A stretch of 64,000 nucleotides of DNA. Source: Candidatus Latescibacterota bacterium. GTDB lineage: Bacteria > Latescibacterota > UBA2968 > UBA8231. The notes under the pieces are model-generated. The model made no database searches and was not told where the DNA came from. It saw only the letters and a program-made list of their open reading frames with translations. Below, piece after piece: positions 56,449-64,000 of the stretch (positions within the stretch are counted from its first letter, which is position 1; every line of letters starts with the position of its first letter). The position numbers and the translations under genes were made by a program. The stretch covers positions 46,623-110,622 of the forward strand of contig CBDBIJ010000110.1 in NCBI GenBank assembly GCA_965205655.1, read 5' to 3'.

Positions 56449-58918
56449 CTAGTAGACGTCGGCACCCTCGTCGAGAAGGAAGTCGATCGGTGTCAACAGC
56501 AGTGGCTCGCCGTTGTGGTCGAGTCGAAACTGCAGGTACTCCATGATCGCCCTATTGCGTTGCGCCGTGCGGAAGTCGCTTTCCCGACCGAGCGCGAATC
56601 GAGGGATGAACATGCTGTCGTCGAAAATCTGAGGTCTGGGGTACTCGACAATTCGGAATGGCGCGCCGTCGGGAATTCCCGCGCGTTCGGCGGCAATCGT
56701 CACTGCCTTGTCGAGTCCGCCCAGCTGATCGACCAAGCCGTGCTGAAGGGCTGCCCTGCCAGTCCACACCCTTCCCTGCGCCACTTCCTCGATTTCCTTT
56801 GTTTCCTTTCCCCTCGCCGTGGCGACCTTGCCGACGAAGCCCGCGTACAAAGTGCGAATGACCTCCTCCATCCGCGCTTTTTCCTCCTCATCGAGGTTGC
56901 GGTCCGGTAGCTGGCCCAGGAGTGGAAGGCTCATCCCGAAGCCGAGGTCGGCGTGACGTCCCGCCTGTACGCGGTCCGTCGAGGTACCGAGTTTTTCTTT
57001 CAACCCTCGATCGTAGATCCAACCTCCGATGACTCCGATGGAGCCGGTGACCGAATTCGGCGCGGCCACTATGGGTTCCCCGTACATGGAGATCCAGTAT
57101 CCTCCCGAGCCGGCGACGAATCCCTGGGAAACGACGACCGGTTTCTCGCCTCGGCACTTCTGCAGTGCATCACCGAGAATGTCGGAGGCAAGGATATCGC
57201 CGCCGGGAGAAACCACGCGCAGCACCACCGCCTTTACCATACCGTCCTCTGTGACGGCCCGTATGTCCTTCACGAGGCGCCTGGCGCGAAGCCCCTGGTC
57301 CATGGCGACCAGCCCCAGGGCGTATACGACGGCGATGCGCGGCGGCTCGCCCCAGCGGTCTTCCACTGGTTCGACGTATGAGTCCGCGCTCACGAGCGAA
57401 ACCACCACTCACCAGGGATGCGATTGCCTCATCTGAGCTGTCCCAGCGTCCCACACTGTCCACGAGGCCGTGCTCGAGCGCGTCCTCGGGCAGGAAATGG
57501 GTGATTTCATCGACGAGACGGTCGAATTCGTCGGCGGACATTCCGCGATCCCGAGTGATCTCCTCCCTTGCCAGCTCGTAGAAATCGTCGATGAGGGCCT
57601 GCGTCTGCTCCCGATCTGCGGCGGACATGTCGCGGCGGGTCAGTGACTCGAAGAGCGATTTGTACTTGAAGAAGCGCCACTCTTCCACTCCGAGCCCCAG
57701 CTTCTCGAGAGATCCCCGTATATAGGTATGTCCAGCGACGAACCCGTCGAGCTCGATGAAGCCTGCCGGATCCAGGACGATGCTGTCGGCGACGCTGGCA
57801 AAGTGATAGTGCCGCAGGTCGAGTCGATCGGCGTGGACGACCACCTTCTTTCCACTGTCGCGAAAGGATCTCAGCGTCTCACGCAGCTCCCAGGCCTTCT
57901 CCCAATCCACTCGCATTCCGGAGATGTTCACAACGATGCCGGCGATGGCGGGGTCGCGACGCGCCCGATCGATGAGTTGGTGGAGTCCCAGGAGTGTGCG
58001 GGAACGATCGAACAGGCTCGAGCGCCGATGCTTGATCGGGCCGTACAGGTTCAGGTCGAGATATCCGGGCACCCGCCTGAAGGTGTTCAACGCGCTGCGA
58101 TACTGCTCACCCATGCGCAAAGCGAACAGGTTGCGAGTGCGATCGCGCCCTCGGTCGTGTCGCGCCTGAGTGGTGAAGCCCATGCGGCCCACGTTGAGCT
58201 CCAGGCCGAGGCTGACCGTGCGATCGTCGAGAAAGCGGCCCGTCAATTGCAGCCCGGAGAACACGGTCACGGCGCTGCCCGCGCTCCAGAACGATCCCCC
58301 ACCGGCTTCTTCCGTTCGCTTGGCGTAGTCGGCGAACAGGGTTAGGCGGTCCGTGCCCAGCGGCCGCGCTGCGGCATCGATCACGCCCTCCCCGGCCGAC
58401 AGTGAGAGCTGCGTGGTCCAGCCCAGGCCGAGTGATGCGTAGCGTGACGGCCGCAGAAGAGCCCCCAGGACAAAGACGCGCTTGGGCCTGACTTCCGCCG
58501 CACCCCCAGACGACCATCCGTACGAGACGCCGCTGCTGAAATTGCGATCTCCGCTCGCCAGCGACAGCCGGTACTCATTGAACCTGTCATCGCCCAGTTC
58601 GCGGCGAATGAGACCGAAGCCGAAATGGGGCACGGCACTGAACAGCCCCCACTGATTGACGGCAGTGCTGCCATCCGCCTCGTCAAACCACGCGAAGACC
58701 GACTCGAACCCGTCAAGGTAGGTCAGTGTGGCTGGATTGATGTAGCCGTACAGGCCCGCTTTGCGGCTGGCTGCCGAACTCTGGAGAAATTCAGTCCGCG
58801 ACTCGTAAGTCGAAAAGGAGGAAGTGCCGCCTGACGCCGGGACTGAACCGAGCACCGCGCAGAGCAGACAGGCGATGAAGCTGGTTCGACGGTTGTCCGA
58901 CGTGCGTTCCGTGACCAT
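56449..58918 (-). CDS. sppA: Long-form signal peptide peptidase SppA (S49) with an N-terminal beta-barrel-like domain; frameshift near 57405
   Basis: S49 motifs F..SGKKVV, Y.FASVAD.I, KYKS.FE, VVLRV.SPGG, AGSGGYW, TGSIGV, AQGRVWTG, GLVD.LGG. N-terminal signal peptide, then NPA.L and alternating beta-strands. Confidence 0.85.
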
Positions 58919-58963
58919 CTTAGCCCGGTCGTCAGCCACATTTGCGATGAGGGGAGGCCGACA

Positions 58964-59230
58964 TTGGACACTGTGCCCAGGCTGCCCGACGAATATCTGG
59001 AAAAGGCAAAGGATATGCTGTCGAGGCACCGTACCAGGAAGAACTGCAAATCCTGCTTCGATCGGGGATACCGTGGGATCAATCAACTGAATATGCTCGT
59101 CACCTGTCACAAGTGTGTCGACGGCGACGCGGTGAGTGAGGAGTGGCGGGCCTTCGTCCGCGATACGCCGGCCTTGGCCGAAACCTACGGCGACTACTTC
59201 GAGGAGGAGGAGGAAGACGAGACGGCGTGA
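58964..59230 (+). CDS. Small putative zinc-binding protein
   Basis: CKSC.DRGY.G...CHKC and an acidic tail. SD GGGAGG. Confidence 0.65.
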   Translation: MDTVPRLPDEYLEKAKDMLSRHRTRKNCKSCFDRGYRGINQLNMLVTCHKCVDGDAVSEEWRAFVRDTPALAETYGDYFEEEEEDETA

Positions 59231-59236
59231 CGGCTG

Positions 59237-59866
59237 TCACGCCTCGACCTGCTGCTTGAAATAGTCGAGATCTCCCTCGCCTTCACGCAAAATCTCGATC
59301 TCGTCATTCAGCAGCGAGATCACCGTGGACGGCGACATCGGGACTTGGCCGCACTCCATGATGAGATCCACGGAGCTCCCCAGCTCAGACTCAAGCCTGA
59401 ACGGATCTGTCAGCGCCTCCCCGTCGCTGCGATTCGCGCTCGTGCTGATGACGGCGTTACCGAGCTCGGCCACCAGAGACAGGGGCACCGGGTGGTCCGG
59501 AACGCGGATTCCCACCGTCTTCTGCTTGCTCTGCACCATGCGCGGCGTCTCCTTCGTCGCCGGCAGCACGAAGGTGTAGGGTCCGGGCAGACAGCGTTTG
59601 AGAATTCGATAGGCGAAATTGGAGACGCGAGCGTAGCGGCTGATGTTGGTGAGATCAGCGCACACGAAGGACATGGGCTTCTTCGCGTCTCTGCCCTTGA
59701 TACGGCGGATCCGCTGGACCGCTGCTTTCTGTGCGATGTCGCATCCCAGTCCGTAGATCGTATCGGTGGGGTAAATGACGACGCCGCCACCTCGCATGAC
59801 CTCTACGGCACGCGAGACATGACGTCTCTTGAGATGTTCCGAGTCGATGTGCAGTATTTCCGCCAT
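59237..59866 (-). CDS. Sua5/YciO/YrdC (TsaC-like) protein
   Basis: GGVVIYPTDTIYGLGC, IKGR, LPGPYTFVL, VGIRVP, ISTSAN, PSTVI. Confidence 0.92.
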   Translation of the reverse strand: MAEILHIDSEHLKRRHVSRAVEVMRGGGVVIYPTDTIYGLGCDIAQKAAVQRIRRIKGRDAKKPMSFVCADLTNISRYARVSNFAYRILKRCLPGPYTFVLPATKETPRMVQSKQKTVGIRVPDHPVPLSLVAELGNAVISTSANRSDGEALTDPFRLESELGSSVDLIMECGQVPMSPSTVISLLNDEIEILREGEGDLDYFKQQVEA

Positions 59867-59894
59867 GGCAGACGCGTAGTATAAGAACAAGACG

Positions 59895-61790
59895 ATGACA
59901 CATACAGTCATAGGAACCGCAGGACACATCGATCACGGCAAGACGTTGATCGTCAAAGGCCTGACCGGGGAGGACACCGACCGAACGCCTCAGGAAAAGG
60001 CGCGCGGTATCACCATCGAGCTCGGTTTCGCCTTTCTCGGAGACGAGGCGACCATCATCGACGTGCCCGGTCACGAGCGCTTCGTGAAGACGATGGTGGC
60101 CGGTGTCAGCAACATCGACATCGCCCTCTTCGTGATCGCCGCCGACGATGGCGTCATGCCCCAGTCGCGCGAGCACCTCGATGTCCTGGAGCTGTTGGGT
60201 ATACCGCGCGGACTCATCGTGCTCAACAAGATCGACCTGGTGGATGATGACTGGCTCGAGCTGGTGGAGGAGGACATCGGCGCGCTCGTGGAGGGCACGT
60301 TTCTCGAAGGAGCCGATGTCCACCGGGTTTCCGCGCTGTCGGGAGCGGGCATGGAGGAATTGAAGAGCGCGATTCTCATAATGATCGCTCACACGCAAAC
60401 GAGAAGGACCGAAGGGCCTTTCAGACTGCCGGTGGATAGGGCCTTCTTGATGAAGGGATTCGGACTCGTGTGCACGGGAACCGTCCTATCGGGTCGTCTC
60501 CGAGAGGGCGACTCCGCCGAGATGCTGCCGGCTGGCTGTCAGATTCGCGCCCGTGGCCTGCAAAAGCACGGTCAGCCGGTTGAGGAAGTGGCAGCCGGCG
60601 ACAGGGCGGCGATGAACGTGCCGGGCGTCGAACGGCGGGATGTGGGGCGCGGACAGATGATCGTCGAAGCGGGCGTTTTCGAGGCGACCCATATGCTGGA
60701 TGTGCGGCTCGAGCTCGTTTCGTCGTGTCCCAAGCCCCTTCAACAGCGCGCGCGCGTACGGCTCCATCTGGGAACGGGAGAGGTGCTGGCTCGGGTCGTG
60801 CTGTTGGATCGCGACAAGCTCGCGCCGGGAGACAGCGCTCTCGTGCAGCTCCGGCTGGAGTCTCAAGTTGTGGCAGTTTGGGGTGATCGCTTTGTCATCC
60901 GTCGCTATTCACCTGCCCTGGCCATCGGGGGTGGCCGCGTTCTCGACCCGCATCCGCCGAAGCACAGGGTTTTCGAGGCGGAGGCGGAGGCGCAGCTGCG
61001 CGCCCTCGAGAGCGAGGACGTAGTCGAAGTAGTGGAAGCGCGATTGCGCGCTCGAGTCAGCGGCTTCGCGAGTTTGCGGTCGCTTGCCGCCGCCGTCGGG
61101 GTTGACGAGGACCTGATGGAGTCGATTGCGAAGGCTATGACCGAAGGTGACAAGGCGGTGCGATGCCACATTGACAACGCCCACTGTCTCGTGTACGGCG
61201 AAGCCTGGCGGGAGCTGGTGGCGGGAATCGAAAGGACGCTGGAGGGCTTTCACTCCGCGAACCCTCTCGAGACAGGTCTCAATCGCGAGGAGCTCCGAAA
61301 TCAGTTCGTGCCTCGCGCCGCCTCCCTCTTCGACGTGGTGCTGCAGCGTCTGGTCGAGGAAGGTCGCATAGCGCTGGATGGAGCACTCGTGCGAGGATCG
61401 CAGCACCGAATCAGCTTCACTGAAGATGAAGAAGAACTGCGCCAAAGGATCGAGCGGGAGCTCAGGGCCGCCGATCTCTCGAATATGCCGGACCCTCGGG
61501 AGTTGTCACAGCGGCTCGAGGTGGAGGAAAAGAGAGTGGATGGGTTGCTGCGCGCACTGCAGAGCCTCGGAATCATCACCTACCTCGACGACACGCTCGT
61601 CCTGCATGCTGACACCCTGCGCCACTTGAAGAAGACGTTGCGGGATCGCCTGGAGCAAAAAGGCGAGATCACAGTGTCTGAGTTCCGCGAGCTAGTCGGC
61701 AGCAATCGGAAATACGCCCTCGCCCTGCTGAACCGTTTCGACAGCGACGGATTCACTCAGCGCCGGGGAGACGTGCGGGTCTTGAGGTAG
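59895..61790 (+). CDS. selB: Selenocysteine-specific elongation factor
   Basis: VIGTAGHIDHGKT, EKARGITIELGF, DVPGHERFVKTMVAG, NKID, C-terminal winged helix with RKYA..LL..FD..G.T.R.GD.R. Confidence 0.96.
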   Translation: MTHTVIGTAGHIDHGKTLIVKGLTGEDTDRTPQEKARGITIELGFAFLGDEATIIDVPGHERFVKTMVAGVSNIDIALFVIAADDGVMPQSREHLDVLELLGIPRGLIVLNKIDLVDDDWLELVEEDIGALVEGTFLEGADVHRVSALSGAGMEELKSAILIMIAHTQTRRTEGPFRLPVDRAFLMKGFGLVCTGTVLSGRLREGDSAEMLPAGCQIRARGLQKHGQPVEEVAAGDRAAMNVPGVERRDVGRGQMIVEAGVFEATHMLDVRLELVSSCPKPLQQRARVRLHLGTGEVLARVVLLDRDKLAPGDSALVQLRLESQVVAVWGDRFVIRRYSPALAIGGGRVLDPHPPKHRVFEAEAEAQLRALESEDVVEVVEARLRARVSGFASLRSLAAAVGVDEDLMESIAKAMTEGDKAVRCHIDNAHCLVYGEAWRELVAGIERTLEGFHSANPLETGLNREELRNQFVPRAASLFDVVLQRLVEEGRIALDGALVRGSQHRISFTEDEEELRQRIERELRAADLSNMPDPRELSQRLEVEEKRVDGLLRALQSLGIITYLDDTLVLHADTLRHLKKTLRDRLEQKGEITVSEFRELVGSNRKYALALLNRFDSDGFTQRRGDVRVLR

Positions 61791-61824
61791 TGTCTCCGAT
61801 GCGCTGGGATTTCGCCGCCCTCCG

Positions 61825-61849
61825 GAGCCCCGGTTCTGCGGGTTTTTTT
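61825..61849 (+). terminator. Probable intrinsic terminator after selB
   Basis: GAGCCC...GGGTTT stem followed by a T-run. Confidence 0.5.
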
Positions 61850-61902
61850 GTGTCTGGAGAACCGTTAGGTTATTCCCCTCGAAAGCATACCGGAGGGGAT
61901 AC

Positions 61903-62715
61903 ATGAGCGACTACTTCGACGGAAAGATCGCGGTGCTGACCGGTGCTGGAGGGGCAATTGGCGGCGAAATCGCCAAAGCCCTGGCAGCCGAGGGGGTCCG
62001 CGTCGCCATCTGGGATATATCTGAGGAGGCGGCGACGGCAAAGGCTGATGAAATCCGGTCACTGGGTGGCAGCGCGTTCGCGATGCAGTGCGATGCGGTG
62101 TCGAAACCGAGCGTCGATGATGCTCTGAGTCAGACAGTTGACGCGTGCGGCACCATCGATTTTCTCGTCAACGCTGCGGGAGGGAGCCATCCGAGCACGA
62201 CCACGACACCCGACCTCGAGTTTTTCGACATCGAGCCCGAATCGATGCGGAAGGTCATGGATCTGAATTATCTCAGTACGGTGATTCCCTCCCAGGCTGT
62301 CGGCCGCGTATTCGCTTCCAGGGAGGCGGGCGCTATCGTCAACATCACCTCGATTGCCGGCAGTCTGCCGGCGACTCGAGCGCTCACCTATTCAAACGGT
62401 AAGGCGGCGGCGGACAGCTTCGTGCGCTGGCTTGCCGTTCACATGGCTCAGACCTATTCACCGAAAATTCGAGTGAACGGCATCGCCCCCGGCTTCATGG
62501 TGACGAACCAGAACAGATTCCTGCTGTTGGATGAAAAGACGCAGAAGCCGACCGAACGGGGCCGCACCGTCCTCGCCCACGTGCCCATGGCCCGCTTCGG
62601 CGATCCGACGGAGATCCCGGGGACGGCACTCTGGCTCCTGTCAGACCAGGCGACCTTCGTGACCGGGGCGGTCGTGCCCGTGGATGGCGGGTTTACGGCT
62701 TTCTGCGGGGTTTAG
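61903..62715 (+). CDS. SDR oxidoreductase (D-mannonate oxidoreductase-like)
   Basis: TGAGGAIG, NAAGG.HP..TT, YSNGK, IRVNGIAPGF..T.QNR.LL, PVDGGF. Confidence 0.88.
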   Translation: MSDYFDGKIAVLTGAGGAIGGEIAKALAAEGVRVAIWDISEEAATAKADEIRSLGGSAFAMQCDAVSKPSVDDALSQTVDACGTIDFLVNAAGGSHPSTTTTPDLEFFDIEPESMRKVMDLNYLSTVIPSQAVGRVFASREAGAIVNITSIAGSLPATRALTYSNGKAAADSFVRWLAVHMAQTYSPKIRVNGIAPGFMVTNQNRFLLLDEKTQKPTERGRTVLAHVPMARFGDPTEIPGTALWLLSDQATFVTGAVVPVDGGFTAFCGV

Positions 62716-62720
62716 GCGAG

Positions 62721-63377
62721 TTACTCTGCGGAAGCGTCGCCGGCGATCTGGTCGACCGGGTTGGCGACACTCGAGGCAATGTTCGACAGGTGCGCGCTGG
62801 TGCGCCGCAGATATCTCAGTGCGAGTGGATACAGCATAGCTCCGGTTCCCCTCTCGCCGCCCTTCACCGCCGCCTCGAGCAGCTGATCGGTGCGCCCCTT
62901 GATCTGCTCATGGGTACTCATCACCGATCGCGCTTCTTTCGCATCGCTTTCCCTCAATGCCGTGAGCGTTTTGTCGAAGAGCGGTACGATCATGGCGTGT
63001 AGCTCGCACACCTCGTTTCGGTAGGCGGAACCATCCGGCAACTCGAATCCCGTTTCACGTAGCTCGATCAGACTCTTCGCGTAGTCTCCGATGCGCTCGA
63101 CGTCGTGGATGATGCTGAGCAGAGCGAGGCTCGCGGGCAGATCCTGACTCGGGTTCATGGTGAGGTGCTGAAGGATCATACGTCGAACCAGCCGCTCGCC
63201 GCTGTTGATCTCGGCGTCGTCGCGATCGAGGTCCGTCGCCGGTGCGGCACCGCTGATGACGATGTCGCAGGAGGCACCGAACATACGCTGCACCACGGAG
63301 AGCATCTTCAGCGTTTCCTGCACGGCGTCGTAAACGAGGGTCGGTCGCTTCACTGTCTGTATGATTTGCCTGAACAC
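62721..63377 (-). CDS. PhoU-domain protein
   Basis: D.EIN..ER.VRR, I.DVERIGDYAK, RYLRR..AHL.NIA. Adjacent to the Na/Pi symporter. Confidence 0.85.
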   Translation of the reverse strand: MFRQIIQTVKRPTLVYDAVQETLKMLSVVQRMFGASCDIVISGAAPATDLDRDDAEINSGERLVRRMILQHLTMNPSQDLPASLALLSIIHDVERIGDYAKSLIELRETGFELPDGSAYRNEVCELHAMIVPLFDKTLTALRESDAKEARSVMSTHEQIKGRTDQLLEAAVKGGERGTGAMLYPLALRYLRRTSAHLSNIASSVANPVDQIAGDASAE

Positions 63378-63381
63378 GGCT

Positions 63382-64000
63382 CTACCTCCACAGGTATATC
63401 AAGGCGAAAGGAATCAGGTAAAACACCAATCCCAGGTATACGAAGGCGTATACTCTCGACCTGCTGGTCAATTCGGCGAGGCCGCGAGCCATGGCCATGG
63501 GGATTCTTCTGATGAATTTGAAGGGATAGATGATGGCGATCCCGGTCAGGTTGAAGCACAAGTGAGCGAAAGCGACCGTAACGGCAGCTACGTTGCCGGT
63601 AAGGGCGGCCAGCATGGCCGTCACCGTGGTTCCAACATTGGCTCCAAGGGTGTAGGGAAACACCTGCTCGAGCGTCAGCACTCCGGCGCCCACGAGGGGC
63701 ACGATCATCGACGTCGTAATAGAGCTGCTCTGCACGAGTACGGTCATAATTGCGCCGAACAGCATGGCCACCGGGGCCGCGCCAAAGAGATAACGATGCA
63801 GAACGCGCTCCGATCGCTGAATGACCACTCCCTTCGCCAGGTCCACGAGAAACTTGAGGGCCAGGTACATCAATATGATGGCGACGATGAGACAGAGGAC
63901 GGGACTCTCGCCGAGCATCCCCACCAGCATCTCTATTGCCGGCATGGTGATCGTCTTCAACGGACTGGCGAACTTCATCCCGCCGGCGCCCTCGAAGGCA
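63382..64000 (-). CDS. Na+/Pi cotransporter family protein (5' end outside window)
   Basis: VQSSSITTS, TLGANVGTT.TA, A.AH..FN. Confidence 0.9.
   Translation of the reverse strand, partial: AFEGAGGMKFASPLKTITMPAIEMLVGMLGESPVLCLIVAIILMYLALKFLVDLAKGVVIQRSERVLHRYLFGAAPVAMLFGAIMTVLVQSSSITTSMIVPLVGAGVLTLEQVFPYTLGANVGTTVTAMLAALTGNVAAVTVAFAHLCFNLTGIAIIYPFKFIRRIPMAMARGLAELTSRSRVYAFVYLGLVFYLIPFALIYLWR

Noticed and set aside
57400..57420. Selenocysteine UGA read-through in sppA (selB is nearby)
   Set aside because: The two SppA halves are in different frames, so read-through would not join them. I found no convincing in-frame UGA selenoprotein in the window.

Overview
GC-rich bacterial chromosome segment, probably from the FCB superphylum and most likely Ca. 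Latescibacterota. This is inferred from PorV-type barrels, a FlgD-Ig/T9SS-type C-terminal domain and 'DFFxFAxxFG' EF-hand/dockerin-like tails. Most of the window is core genome: pyrF, rnpB, recQ, dnaG, rho, rpmE, prfA, prmC, recA, rlmH, a dacA-like gene, a double-length uvrA, thpR, sppA, selB and six tRNAs. An ISAzo13-family IS lies at the left edge. Two surface-protein loci stand out. (i) A roughly 12 kb minus-strand operon led by a NusG/RfaH/UpxY-type antiterminator encodes a ~2250-aa FG-GAP/FN3/Ig-repeat protein with a FlgD-Ig tail, a second FG-GAP protein, and a PorV-like barrel fused to a transglutaminase-like Cys-His-Glu domain and TPRs. (ii) Three paralogous secreted proteins share an FN3-like head and an EF-hand/dockerin-like tail, and two of them carry a eukaryote-style SEA-like module with a GS(T/V)IV putative autoproteolysis motif. 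Several conserved genes (prfA, uvrA twice, sppA, a TIM-barrel isomerase) carry small indels, mostly in short homopolymers, which probably reflect read or assembly errors. No CRISPR array or rRNA was seen. All calls come from motif recognition only; no database searches were run.
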